NCBI GenBank assembly: GCA_965223705.1 | Contig: OZ245015.1 | Span: forward strand, 3,936,001-4,000,000 | Origin: Myxococcota bacterium | GTDB taxonomy: Bacteria > Myxococcota_A > UBA9160 > UBA6930 | DNA: 64,000 bases | Direction: 5' to 3' | Shown: piece after piece, positions 10,516 through 20,243 of the stretch | Position numbering within the stretch: the first letter of the stretch is position 1 | Layout of the letters: the number at the start of each line of letters is the position of its first letter | The notes under the pieces: model-generated | Told to the model about the DNA's origin: nothing | The model's database searches: none | Seen by the model: only the letters and a program-made list of their open reading frames with translations | Program-made: the position numbers and the translations under genes

Positions 10516-10749
10516 ATGAAATGGCTTCGTTGGCTCGGAATCTACCTACTGGTCTCGACGCTGTTCGGACTGATCGTCGGCGGTTGGCTGCGGCGGAAAC
10601 TCGAGACGCCGGAGACGTATATCGGCGCGCTCGGCCATGACGCTTCAGGCCGACTCGCGTTTGCGCCCGACCCACGGCGTATCGGCGACGCCGGCGCGCG
10701 CGTTTTCGAGCCTTGCGAGCACGAACAACAAATCCGACAACCGGTTTAG
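10516..10749 (+). CDS. Small putative membrane protein
   Basis: MKWLRWLGIYLLVSTLFGLIVGGWLRRK single-TM segment fills the gap; 3' end overlaps the convergent PduO gene. Confidence 0.4.
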   Translation: MKWLRWLGIYLLVSTLFGLIVGGWLRRKLETPETYIGALGHDASGRLAFAPDPRRIGDAGARVFEPCEHEQQIRQPV

Positions 10750-11211
10750 GTAACCGATTGCAGGTGCGTCGAGCGCCTCCTCGCGGGACAACGCGACGCA
10801 TCTCCGTTCCGCGCGGCGACACACCGTGCGCCCGAGGTGAAGCGCCGCGCTGGCCCGGGTTCCACCCGGCAGCACGAAGGCGCGGAGCGGCTCGAGCTCT
10901 TCTTCAAAGGCGTCCATCCGGGCTTCCAGCGCCTCGATCTGCGCATCGTCCGGTTCGGGAACGCCGCTCTTTTCGCGACGCGCGGCTTCGGGGGTGGCGA
11001 GATACGCACCGAGGTCGAAGAGCGCGCTCTGAATCTCCTCGAGCAATGCGCGCACGTCGCCTTGTTCGCTCGCGGTGATCGCCAAACCGAGCGTCGCGTT
11101 GAGCTCATCCACCGAGCCGTACGCCTCGACGCGCAGGTCGTCCTTTCGGACACGCGGACCGCCGAACAAGTCGGTCTCACCGCGATCGCCACGCCGCGTG
11201 TAGATCTTCAT
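10645..11211 (-). CDS. pduO: ATP:cob(I)alamin adenosyltransferase, PduO type
   Basis: MKIYTRRGDRGET, EAYGSVDELN, FVLPGG, RTVCRRAER, YLNRLSDLLF. Confidence 0.92.
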   Translation of the reverse strand: MKIYTRRGDRGETDLFGGPRVRKDDLRVEAYGSVDELNATLGLAITASEQGDVRALLEEIQSALFDLGAYLATPEAARREKSGVPEPDDAQIEALEARMDAFEEELEPLRAFVLPGGTRASAALHLGRTVCRRAERRCVALSREEALDAPAIGYLNRLSDLLFVLARLENARAGVADTPWVGRKRESA

Positions 11212-11648
11212 GCGCGCAGTTCTTCGTCGAGTTCTCGCGCGAGCTCGGGATCTTCCGGCGGGAGCGCGCTGTCGTCACTGGCGCGGCGACGCGTCAGAAG
11301 CGTGACGAGAACGATCCCGCCGACGAGGAATGCAGCCGCCGGGACGGCGTAGGCGACAATGCCGACGCCTTCGGCGCGGGGCGCTTGTCGAAGCTGATCG
11401 CCGAAGCGTGCATAAAGGGCTTCCTCGACTTCGGCCCTCGAAACGCCGGCTTCCTCTTGTTCAATGATCCACCGGCGCATGGCGTCGGCATTCCCGCTCG
11501 GGCATTCGGACAGCGCCCGGCCGGGGCAGTACGGGCTCATCAGCTCGTCGGACAGTTCGTACGCCCACTTCGCTTCGCTCTCGGCGAACACCGCGCCGGC
11601 CGACAAGCACACCAGCCAGAACGCGCTCACCCGAATTAGATGTCCCAC
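11208..11648 (-). CDS. Cytochrome c biogenesis CcmH/CcmL-like protein
   Basis: Signal peptide, LMSPYCPGRALSECPS, ARFG...P, C-terminal TM helix. Confidence 0.7.
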   Translation of the reverse strand: MGHLIRVSAFWLVCLSAGAVFAESEAKWAYELSDELMSPYCPGRALSECPSGNADAMRRWIIEQEEAGVSRAEVEEALYARFGDQLRQAPRAEGVGIVAYAVPAAAFLVGGIVLVTLLTRRRASDDSALPPEDPELARELDEELRA

Positions 11649-12514
11649 GTGAGGGCCTCGCCGGTTTGCTCCCTACGCGCCACGCGAACCTGCTGGCGCG
11701 GCGCCTCGGGGACAACGCGTGAATCTTCGGGGACGCTTTCGGTCACGAACGCGTTGCCGTTCACGACGCTCCCCGAACCGATCCGCGTCTCGCCGCCGAG
11801 AATCGTCGCGCCGGGATAGATCGTGACGTCGTCCCCGATGGTCGGGTGGCGCTTCACCCCGCGGATGGTCTGTCCGCGCCGCGGCGAAAACGCGCCGAGC
11901 GTGACGCCGTGGTAGATACGGACACGGTCGCCGATTTCGCTCGTCTCGCCGATCACCACGCCCGTCCCGTGGTCGATAAAGAAACGCCGGCCGATCTTCG
12001 CGCCGGGGTGAATGTCGATACCCGTTCGGGAATGCGCGTGTTCCGCCATGATGCGGGGCAATTGCGGCACGCCGCAGTTGTAGAGCACGTGAGCGAGCCG
12101 GTAGATGGCCAAACTGAAGATCGACGGATAGGCGACGACGATCTCGCCGAAACTCTTCGCCGCGGGGTCGCCTTCGAACGCCGCTTCAACGTCCTCGGCA
12201 AGCATCGTGCGAATCTCGGGCAGCTTCGCTTGCAGCGTTTCCCACACGGCCTCGGCGTCGATCGCTCCGGACAGTCCGACCTGACTCATCACCGACAAAA
12301 ACCGGCCGCGCAGCGCATCGAGTGTGGAGCGCAGGGTCGCGCGATCGCGTTCGTGGAGGACGACGTCTTTGAGGCGCTCCGTCCACTCGACGGCCTCCTC
12401 CCAGTTGGGATAACCCTCGCCATCGGCCTTCGACAGCGCGTCTTCGCCACTCTCGGAGAGGGCGGAGAGCGTTCGCTCGAGATCGCCGATTGTTTCGTCT
12501 GCTCGAATCGCCAT
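11636..12514 (-). CDS. cysE: Serine O-acetyltransferase (EpsC/CysE type)
   Basis: GDPAAKS, YRLAH, TGIDIHPGAKIG, FIDHGTGVVIGET, KRHPTIG hexapeptide repeats. Confidence 0.9.
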   Translation of the reverse strand: MAIRADETIGDLERTLSALSESGEDALSKADGEGYPNWEEAVEWTERLKDVVLHERDRATLRSTLDALRGRFLSVMSQVGLSGAIDAEAVWETLQAKLPEIRTMLAEDVEAAFEGDPAAKSFGEIVVAYPSIFSLAIYRLAHVLYNCGVPQLPRIMAEHAHSRTGIDIHPGAKIGRRFFIDHGTGVVIGETSEIGDRVRIYHGVTLGAFSPRRGQTIRGVKRHPTIGDDVTIYPGATILGGETRIGSGSVVNGNAFVTESVPEDSRVVPEAPRQQVRVARREQTGEALTWDI

Positions 12515-12613
12515 GCGGCCCCCGGGTAGAACGGGATTTTAGCGGTCTTGGTCTTCGCTGCCTTCTGGCCGGAAGTCACGTGCCGGCCGAGCGTCTGCGG
12601 CTATCTTCCGAAC

Positions 12614-13477
12614 GTGCAGGACGTTTTCAGCCACTCGAGCCTCAGCGCCTTCGAGAACTGCCCCAAGAAATACGCGTATCGATACATCGACAAGATTCCG
12701 GCTGAAACTGAGTCCATCGAGGGTTTCGTCGGCAAGCGCGTGCACGAAATCCTGGAGCGCCTGTACCAGTTCGCCGACACCGGCAAGTTGCCCGCGCTCG
12801 CCCGCGTGCTCGAGCGCTACCACGCCAACTGGGACGCGGCCTACGACGGCGATCGCGTTCGCATCGTCCGAGAAGGCACCCCGCTGTCGCACTACCGGAC
12901 GCTCGGCGAGCGGTGCCTCGAGAGCTACTACCGGCGCCACTATCCGTTCGACGCCGAAACCACCCTAGGCCTCGAACGTCCGGTCCGCGCCAGTCTCGAC
13001 GCCGAAGGCGAGTACCGCGTGCGGGGCTTCATCGATCGGCTGGTACGCGCGCCGGATGGCGCGCTCGAGATCCACGACTACAAGACGAGCGCTCGGATGC
13101 CACCGCGCCGCGTGCTCGAGCGCGATCGTCAGCTGTCGCTCTACGAAATCGCGATTCGAAAAGAATGGCAGCACAGCGGTGAAGTACGCCTGGTGTGGTT
13201 CTATCTCACACCGAATCGTCGCTACATCGCTCGGCGTTCTCCCGAAGAGCTCGAGCGCGTACGGCGCGAAGCGATGGAGCTCATCGATCGGATACGCACG
13301 GAAACCGAGTGGGCTCCCAAGGAGAGCCCCCTCTGCCGCTGGTGCGAGTACCGAGATCGATGCCCGCTCTGGAACGACGCCGGGGAACCCGCGCCGGCGC
13401 CTCCCGCTCGGGCCGGCGTGCCGCGGTCGCCAGCGGTGGAACCACCGACCGGCGAATCACAGCTCTCCCTGCTCTAA
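12614..13477 (+). CDS. PD-(D/E)XK nuclease, RecB/AddB/Cas4-like with Fe-S staple cysteines
   Basis: SHSSLSAFENCPKKY, GKRVHEILE, GFIDRL, IHDYKT, QLSLY, CRWCEYRDRC. Confidence 0.85.
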   Translation: MQDVFSHSSLSAFENCPKKYAYRYIDKIPAETESIEGFVGKRVHEILERLYQFADTGKLPALARVLERYHANWDAAYDGDRVRIVREGTPLSHYRTLGERCLESYYRRHYPFDAETTLGLERPVRASLDAEGEYRVRGFIDRLVRAPDGALEIHDYKTSARMPPRRVLERDRQLSLYEIAIRKEWQHSGEVRLVWFYLTPNRRYIARRSPEELERVRREAMELIDRIRTETEWAPKESPLCRWCEYRDRCPLWNDAGEPAPAPPARAGVPRSPAVEPPTGESQLSLL

Positions 13478-13481
13478 CGCC

Positions 13482-13886
13482 ATGGCTGAGACCACGTTCC
13501 GACATCGCGTCGCCTTCTACGAAACCGATGCCATGGGTATCGTCCACCACTCAAACCACATCCGGTTTTTCGAGCTCGCGCGGGTTGCGTGGATGCAAGA
13601 GCATCACCGTCCCTATACCGAGTACATGGCGGAAGGGCTCAACTTCGCGACCACTTCGGCGGAAGCGGAGTATCTCCTCCCCCTGCCCTTCGACGCGGAA
13701 ATCGACATCACGGCTCGCCTCGAGTGGGCGCGAGGCGCGTCGATTCGTATCGCCTACACGATTCATCACGCGGGCGCGCTCGTCGCGACCGGTGCGACCG
13801 AGCACGCGATGGTCGATGGCAACGGCCGACCTCGGCGGATCCCGAAAACGCAGCGCGATGAGCTGCAGGCGCTCGCCAGAAGCTGA
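13482..13886 (+). CDS. Acyl-CoA thioesterase (YbgC/4HBT hotdog family)
   Basis: RVAFYETDAMGIVHHSNHIRFFELAR. Confidence 0.85.
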   Translation: MAETTFRHRVAFYETDAMGIVHHSNHIRFFELARVAWMQEHHRPYTEYMAEGLNFATTSAEAEYLLPLPFDAEIDITARLEWARGASIRIAYTIHHAGALVATGATEHAMVDGNGRPRRIPKTQRDELQALARS

Positions 13887-13892
13887 ATTCGG

Positions 13893-14351
13893 TCAGTCGC
13901 GGCGCGAGCCCAGGGCCTTGCGGACGCGCCCACCGAGCTCGCGTTCCGACCACGCAGTGATCTCGCGGATTTTCGCCAAGGCGTCCCCGCTGCCGGACCA
14001 ATTCGCCCGAACGACGTCGGGATGGACGTGGTTCAAAACGCGCGACGCGGCCGCGCAGAGAACCACGAGGTCGTCGAGCACACCGAGAGGCCCGAACAGC
14101 CACGCGGGCAGGAGATCGATGGGAGACAGGAGATAGCCCAGGCCCAGCAAAGCGATGGCTTTATCGCCGACGGAAACCCGCGAGTCGCGGAGCAGGCGAG
14201 CCAGGAGAACCGCGACGTCCGGCAGGAGCATCAGCACGTCGGGTAGACCGGCGCGCGCTCCCGGCGCGTGACGCACGACGAGCAACCGGATCCGGTCGTA
14301 CAAGCGGGCTTCATCGGGGTTGAGTTCGATTTCGATGTGGGGCTCGTTCAT
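13893..14351 (-). CDS. DUF1232/YkvA family membrane protein
   Basis: YLLSPIDLLP...GVLDD motif. Confidence 0.8.
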   Translation of the reverse strand: MNEPHIEIELNPDEARLYDRIRLLVVRHAPGARAGLPDVLMLLPDVAVLLARLLRDSRVSVGDKAIALLGLGYLLSPIDLLPAWLFGPLGVLDDLVVLCAAASRVLNHVHPDVVRANWSGSGDALAKIREITAWSERELGGRVRKALGSRRD

Positions 14352-14839
14352 CGCTCATCCAAGGCGACGGGCCGCCCCGACAGGGTGAGTCCCAGGGTGC
14401 GATCCGTTCCGTCGTATTGTTGGAAACCGAAGACCACTTCTCCAGTTCCCCTCGCGGCGACCAGCAGCGGCGGCAGATCCGGAACGACGGGGACACCCGC
14501 GAGATCCCCGACCGGGATCCAGGCGACTTCGCAACCCTCTTCGGCTCGGAGTTCTCCCGGCACGACGGTCGCCGCGAACACGAACACCACGTACGCGTGG
14601 TTCTCCAGTGCGGCCTCGTGGAGGACCAGCCGCAACCGCAGCTCGTCGACTTCGAGGCCCGCTTCCTCCCGCACCTCCCGGCGCGCCGAGACCGCGATGT
14701 CTTCTCCAGCTTCGACGTGCCCGCCCAAACCGTTCCACAATCCGGGAAAGCGGTTCGCTGTCGGCGGATTGCGACGGAGCAGCACGCGATCGTCGCGCTC
14801 GGCAAAAACCAGGGTCGCGAGTCGTGCGGCGTGCCTCAT
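14348..14839 (-). CDS. NUDIX hydrolase
   Basis: Nudix box GGHVEAGEDIAVSARREVREEAGL. Confidence 0.88.
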   Translation of the reverse strand: MRHAARLATLVFAERDDRVLLRRNPPTANRFPGLWNGLGGHVEAGEDIAVSARREVREEAGLEVDELRLRLVLHEAALENHAYVVFVFAATVVPGELRAEEGCEVAWIPVGDLAGVPVVPDLPPLLVAARGTGEVVFGFQQYDGTDRTLGLTLSGRPVALDER

Positions 14840-14870
14840 CCAACCATCCGCTTGCGACGGGGCCGGCGCC

Positions 14871-15758
14871 TCACGAGAAAATGCCGGCGCGCTCTGCCCG
14901 CCCGCGTTCGAGGAGTCGCTCGAGCGCGCCGCGCACCCGCTCGACTTCGGCCGCGATGGCGCGGTCGTCGCCGTCGGGGTCGGCCTCGAGTGTCAACGGC
15001 TCCCCGAAATAGATGTGGTACTTCACCGGTAGCGGCAGCAAACCGAGCGGCCCCAGCCAAGGAAAGCCCAGCGTGATGGGAAGTGCCGGAATCCCCAAGG
15101 CTTTGGCCACCCCGTGAAGATTCGCGAGCCCCGGTTGCTGCTCCTCGCTTCCCACGACGCCGACCGGAACGATCGGCGCCCCCGTCTCGAGGGCCAAGCG
15201 CACGAAGCCGGTCCCGAAGCGCTGCAGCTGGTAGCGCTTCGAAAACGGCTTGCTGATCCCGCGGACACCTTCGGGAAAGACGAGAACGCTCTCCTCGGCC
15301 TCGAGGAGCGCGCGTCCATTCTCCACCGTGCCGACGACTTGTCCGTTTCGGTTCAGCATCACGTTGAACCACGGAATGCGCGGCAGCCAGTATTCGACGA
15401 GGGAGCGGATCAAGCGCGGCGGCTCGGCTTCGAGCAGCATGGTGGTGGCGATCATCACGCCGTCGAACGGGAGCTGACCGGCGTGATTCGCAACCAACAA
15501 TACGCGACCTGCGGGCACGCTCTCGTGCCCGACCGCCTCGACTCGGAAGTAGTGGCGGTGGAGGAGCGCGGCGAGGACCAGGGCCGGTCGCGCCGAATCC
15601 GGGTTCATGCCGAAGGGATCGAAACCGTATTCGTTCAACTGCGTCGGGATCCGCGCGAGACGGTCTGCGACTTCCGCATCGAGATCGCGGACCGAGAGAG
15701 GCAGCGCCCCTTCCACCACGTCCGCGATCGCTCGTCGGATCCCGGTGGAACGGCTCAT
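14871..15758 (-). CDS. Lysophospholipid/glycerol acyltransferase family protein
   Basis: YGFDPFG, VANHAGQLPFDG (HxxxxD-like), VFPEG, GFVRLAL. Confidence 0.88.
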   Translation of the reverse strand: MSRSTGIRRAIADVVEGALPLSVRDLDAEVADRLARIPTQLNEYGFDPFGMNPDSARPALVLAALLHRHYFRVEAVGHESVPAGRVLLVANHAGQLPFDGVMIATTMLLEAEPPRLIRSLVEYWLPRIPWFNVMLNRNGQVVGTVENGRALLEAEESVLVFPEGVRGISKPFSKRYQLQRFGTGFVRLALETGAPIVPVGVVGSEEQQPGLANLHGVAKALGIPALPITLGFPWLGPLGLLPLPVKYHIYFGEPLTLEADPDGDDRAIAAEVERVRGALERLLERGRAERAGIFS

Positions 15759-16666
15759 GATGCGCTCATCGCCTCGAAGATCTCTCGCAAGCCGAATAGC
15801 GGTTTCCACTGCGTCGCTCGCTCGAAGCGCTCGCCGGACACGATGAGAGGGTATTTGAAGTAATCGATGACGCCGGGCGGCCAACCGCCCCACGGCGACA
15901 AGCGACGGAAGATCGGGCGTACCAAGAAGTCGGGCATCGGCCAGACTTCGCGGCCGCAGGCGTGAACGGCGGTGTGGAGCGGCACTTGCCCCGGACCGAC
16001 GACGTTGTAGACGCCTGCGAGCTTGTGGGACAAGGCCACGGCGATGGCATCGACCAAGTCGCGCTCGTGGAGAAACTGCATCGGCGGGTCAAAGCCCATC
16101 GGGGTCGGTACACGCCGGCGGCGAAACAACTTGGCGACGGGCCCTTTCGAGAACTCACCGAGTACGTGGACAGGCCGCAGCACCGCAATCGAAAGCTCGG
16201 GGTACTTCCACATGGCGGCGCACGCGAGGCTGTCTCGTTCGACGAGTCCCCGAATCTCCGGATACGCGCGAGATGCCGCGAGCGGATGCTCTTCGGTCAT
16301 TCCGAAGGGGTTCTCCGGTGCTGCGCCGTAAGCGGCTGCGCTCGACAGTACGACCACGCGCGCCACCCCGTGCTGCGCGCAACGGGCGAGGAGTTTCTGT
16401 GTCGCCGAGATGTTGTGGTCGTGTTGCCGCCCGGTCGCCGGACCGCGGGATGTCAGGGACAGGTGCACCACCGCTTCGGGTGCCTCGCTGCGCAACACGT
16501 CCTCGAAAGCGCGCTTGCGCAGATCCGCATCGTGGAGTGCGAGATCGGTCGGGCGCCCCGGCCACGGCCGGCGATCGACACCGCAGACGCGCCATTCGCT
16601 TCGCAGCCGGCGGGCGAGGAGTCGTCCGAGGCTTCCAGCGACACCCGTGATGAGGACGTTCTTCAT
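15755..16666 (-). CDS. NAD-dependent epimerase/dehydratase
   Basis: VLITGVAGSLG, SSAAAYGA, QFLHERD; coupled to the acyltransferase. Confidence 0.82.
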   Translation of the reverse strand: MKNVLITGVAGSLGRLLARRLRSEWRVCGVDRRPWPGRPTDLALHDADLRKRAFEDVLRSEAPEAVVHLSLTSRGPATGRQHDHNISATQKLLARCAQHGVARVVVLSSAAAYGAAPENPFGMTEEHPLAASRAYPEIRGLVERDSLACAAMWKYPELSIAVLRPVHVLGEFSKGPVAKLFRRRRVPTPMGFDPPMQFLHERDLVDAIAVALSHKLAGVYNVVGPGQVPLHTAVHACGREVWPMPDFLVRPIFRRLSPWGGWPPGVIDYFKYPLIVSGERFERATQWKPLFGLREIFEAMSAS

Positions 16667-16820
16667 GGCGGTCCCATAAATCAGACCAGAAAGGTACCTC
16701 GTGCGTCGAACGGCTCTAGGCGCGCGTCAGATCGTAGCCATCTCGCCCCACGCCCTAGCCCAAAAGCGCGTTCGCGGGTATAAACGGCCGCGGATCGGGG
16801 CGAGAAAGGCGCGGGATTCC

Positions 16821-17531
16821 TTGGTTGAGCAAGCCGCACGGTATGAAGAAGTCAAGATTCCGCTTCGAGAGCCGGTGCACGGCCTCGAGGCGGTGTCGGG
16901 AACGCTTGGGGTGCCCGAGTGGTGGCCGACCGGCTCGCGCATCTGCCTGCTCATCGCGCACGGTGCGCAAGTTGAAGATCCGCTCCTCGAAGGCATTGCG
17001 CGCGAGCTCACCGAACGAAAGTTCCTGACGCTCCGATTCCTGCTTCCCCACGTCGAGGCGAACAAGAAGCGCGTCGACCCGCCGGCCGTCATGCGGCGCG
17101 TGTTCATGGCGGCGGCGAGTCTCGTGAGCCGCGATCCCACGGCTGCCCCGGCGCACATCTTCGTCGGCGGAAAGAACCAAGGCGCCCTCGCTGCGGCCCA
17201 CGCCGCCAACGGGCGCCTTCGCGCTTCCGGACTGTTCTTCCTCGGCTATCCGTTGCACAAACAAGGCGATCCGAGCGAGATCCGGGCCGAGCGTCTATTC
17301 CGCGCCATCAGCCCCATGCTGTTCGTGCAGGGCGATCGCGATCGGAGCTGCGAGCTCCCCGTGTTGCAGAACACGCTGCTACGGGTCGGGGCGCCTTGGG
17401 ATCTACACGTGGTGCGGGAAGCGGATCACGCCTTCAAGCTCCTCAAGAAGTCGGAACGGACTGAAGAAGAGATTCAACGCGAGGTCCTTCAGAAGCTCGA
17501 GGGCTGGATCGCGCGCGTGCTCGGCGAGTAG
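16821..17531 (+). CDS. Alpha/beta hydrolase fold protein (KANL3/Tex30-like), nucleophile Ser apparently absent
   Basis: IAHGA, GGKNQG, FLGYPLH, LFVQGDRD, ADHAF; TTG start assumed. Confidence 0.72.
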   Translation: MVEQAARYEEVKIPLREPVHGLEAVSGTLGVPEWWPTGSRICLLIAHGAQVEDPLLEGIARELTERKFLTLRFLLPHVEANKKRVDPPAVMRRVFMAAASLVSRDPTAAPAHIFVGGKNQGALAAAHAANGRLRASGLFFLGYPLHKQGDPSEIRAERLFRAISPMLFVQGDRDRSCELPVLQNTLLRVGAPWDLHVVREADHAFKLLKKSERTEEEIQREVLQKLEGWIARVLGE

Positions 17532-17536
17532 CGGCC

Positions 17537-18241
17537 TTGGCTGAACGAGAAACCGACCTCTATTTTGAACAGATTCCCGTCGGCGAGATGGCGAACCTCG
17601 CCTACCTGATCGGCAGCCGTTCCACCCGCGAGGCCGTCATCGTCGACCCCGCCTGGTCCGTCGACACGCTTCTCGACCGTGCCGCCGACGACGATATGAC
17701 GGTGATCGGCGCCCTGGCGACGCACTACCACCAGGACCATGTGGGCGGGGACCTCTTCGGCCACACGATCGAAGGACTCGGCCGACTCCTCGCCCGGCAA
17801 CCCGTTCCCATTCACGTGCATCGCGAAGAAGCGCGCGGGCTGTGCAAGGTCACGGGGGCGTCGGAACGAGATCTCGAAGTCCACGAGAGCGGCGACACGC
17901 TGACGCTCGGCGGTGTGACGATCCGACTCCTTCACACGCCGGGCCACACGCCGGGATCGCAGTGCTTCCTCGTCGAAACCGCGGGAGGGCCGGGGCGGCT
18001 CGTGTCGGGCGATACGCTGTTTCTCGGGAGCTGCGGGCGCGTCGATCTTCCGGGTAGCGACCCCGAGGCGATGTTCGACAGCCTGCACAACAAACTCGCC
18101 CGACTACCGGACGAGACACTGCTTTTCCCCGGCCACATGTACTCCCCGGAGCCCTCCGGGACTCTCGGTCGCGAGAAGACCCAAAACCCCTATCTCCGCG
18201 TGACGGAGCTCCACAACTTCCTGACCTTCCTCGGGGTTTGA
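17537..18241 (+). CDS. MBL-fold metallo-hydrolase (glyoxalase II-like)
   Basis: THYHQDHVGG, HTPGHTPGS, GDTLF, GRVDLPG, FPGH. Confidence 0.88.
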   Translation: MAERETDLYFEQIPVGEMANLAYLIGSRSTREAVIVDPAWSVDTLLDRAADDDMTVIGALATHYHQDHVGGDLFGHTIEGLGRLLARQPVPIHVHREEARGLCKVTGASERDLEVHESGDTLTLGGVTIRLLHTPGHTPGSQCFLVETAGGPGRLVSGDTLFLGSCGRVDLPGSDPEAMFDSLHNKLARLPDETLLFPGHMYSPEPSGTLGREKTQNPYLRVTELHNFLTFLGV

Positions 18242-18378
18242 CCGGGATCCCCTAAGGCCTTGAATCCTATTCGCTTTTGCGAAAGCTCCGTTGAAAACGC
18301 AGCCGCCCGAGGCTAGTCTCCGCGCTCCGCTCGAGGCGGCCGGCGGCCGCCACTCCTAAAGCATCGGAGGCCTCCCCC

Positions 18379-19161
18379 ATGAAGATCTTGGTCTGCCTGA
18401 AGCAGGTTCCCCACCAGGACGCGCGACTCGACGTCGCTTCCGACGGAACCTGGATCCAAGAAGACAACATCAAGTTCGAAATCAACAGCTATGACACGTA
18501 CGCCCTCGAAGAAGCCCTGCGTATCAAAGACGCGGGCGAAGCCGAGGTCGTCGTCGTTTCGATCGGCCCCGGCCGCGTCACCCAGGCGCTGCGCACCGCA
18601 CTCGGAATGGGCGCTGACCGCGCGATCCATATCGATGATGACAGCATCGAGGGCTCGGATTCGCTCGGCATCGCGAAGGTTCTCGCCGCCGTGGCGAAGG
18701 AAGAATCGCCGGATCTGATTTTTGCGGGCTTCATGGCCGATGACGGCAATTTCGCTTCCGTCGGTCCGATGCTGGCCGAGCTCGTCGGGATGCCCCACGC
18801 GACCGCCGTCATGAGCGTCGCTCAAGACGGGGGCAAGGTAACGGTCGAGCGCGAGCTCGAAGGCGGCGCCCTCCAGGTCGTCGAACTCGACGCACCGTGT
18901 CTGCTCGCCGTGCAAACCGGTATCAACCAAGTCCGCTACGCGTCGCTCAAGGGCATCATGGCAGCGAAGAAGAAGCCGCTCGATACGAAGACCGCCGCCG
19001 ACCTCGGCGTGGGCGATGCGGTGGGAGCGGGCGCGGCGAAGATCAGCATCGAAAAGATCTACGTGCCGCCCAAGGGCGACGGCGCCGAGCTTCTCACCGG
19101 TGGAACGGACGACATCGTCAAGGGCCTGGTCGGCAAGATCAAAGAACTGGGCCTGCTCTAA
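18379..19161 (+). CDS. etfB: Electron transfer flavoprotein beta subunit
   Basis: MKILVCLKQVP, ALEEALRIK, ALGMGADRA, RYASLKGIMAAKKK. Confidence 0.93.
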   Translation: MKILVCLKQVPHQDARLDVASDGTWIQEDNIKFEINSYDTYALEEALRIKDAGEAEVVVVSIGPGRVTQALRTALGMGADRAIHIDDDSIEGSDSLGIAKVLAAVAKEESPDLIFAGFMADDGNFASVGPMLAELVGMPHATAVMSVAQDGGKVTVERELEGGALQVVELDAPCLLAVQTGINQVRYASLKGIMAAKKKPLDTKTAADLGVGDAVGAGAAKISIEKIYVPPKGDGAELLTGGTDDIVKGLVGKIKELGLL

Positions 19162-19215
19162 GGCCTTCCACAAGACCTGGTCCCATTCGCATCTCTCGTT
19201 GAAAGGAACACCCCC

Positions 19216-20181
19216 ATGGGCGCCATCCTCATCGTCGCCGAACTGCAGAACGGAACGATCCGCGAAGCGAGCTACGAGCTCGCGAGCTTCGCGCACAAGA
19301 TCGCCGGAGACCGACCCGTCAAGAGCATCGTGCTGGGCCAGGGCGTTTCCGCCGCCGCGGAAGAATTTGCGGCAAAAGGCGGCGGCGACGTCTGCCTCGT
19401 CGACAACGACACCGTCGCGAACTACTCCGCCGACGCCTACAACCAAGCGATCAAACAGGCCATCGACGCGACGGATGCCGAGCTCGTGCTGCTGTCGAAC
19501 ACGCCTTCGGGCTGGGACGTCGCCCCCAGGCTCGCTGTGGCACTCGACGCCGCCTTCGTCTCGGACTGCTTCAACATCGAGGACGACGGGGGAAAGTCCG
19601 TGTTCCTGCGCCGCGTGTTCAACGGCAAGCTCGACGCGCGGGTCGTCCCGAACGCCGATCGCGTCGTCGCCACGATGCAGCCCGGCGCGACGGCTCCCTA
19701 CGAGGGATCGACCAGTGGTTCGGTCTCGGCCCTCGACGTGAGCTTCGGCGATTTGCGCTCGCGTTTTGTCGAGACCCGCACGGCGGAATCGAAGGGCGTC
19801 GATCTGACGAAGGCCGAGATCATCGTCTCGGGCGGCCGCGGTGTCGGCGACCCGGAGAAATTCCCCGAAGTCATTCAGCCGCTGGCCGACGCACTCGGCG
19901 GCGCGATGGGCGCTTCGCGGCCGGTCGTAGACGCCGGCTGGCTTCCCCACGAGTACCAGGTCGGTTCGTCGGGTCAGGTGGTCACGCCGAAGCTCTACAT
20001 CGCCTGCGGTATCTCGGGAGCGATCCAGCACTTGGTCGGCATGAAGGGATCGAACTTCATCGTCGCCATCAACAAGGACGGCGACGCGCCCATTTTCGAA
20101 GTCGCCGACCTCGGCGTCGTGGCGGATCTGTTCGAGATCGTCCCCGCCCTGACCGAGGCGGTGAAGACCGCGAAGGGCTGA
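19216..20181 (+). CDS. etfA: Electron transfer flavoprotein alpha subunit
   Basis: [46 protein letters not shown]. Confidence 0.95.
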   Translation: MGAILIVAELQNGTIREASYELASFAHKIAGDRPVKSIVLGQGVSAAAEEFAAKGGGDVCLVDNDTVANYSADAYNQAIKQAIDATDAELVLLSNTPSGWDVAPRLAVALDAAFVSDCFNIEDDGGKSVFLRRVFNGKLDARVVPNADRVVATMQPGATAPYEGSTSGSVSALDVSFGDLRSRFVETRTAESKGVDLTKAEIIVSGGRGVGDPEKFPEVIQPLADALGGAMGASRPVVDAGWLPHEYQVGSSGQVVTPKLYIACGISGAIQHLVGMKGSNFIVAINKDGDAPIFEVADLGVVADLFEIVPALTEAVKTAKG

Positions 20182-20243
20182 GCGCGCGGGCGTTCCGGGG
20201 CGCGGCGCTCGACGGCGCCTTAGCCTTGGCTACGTTCCGTCGC

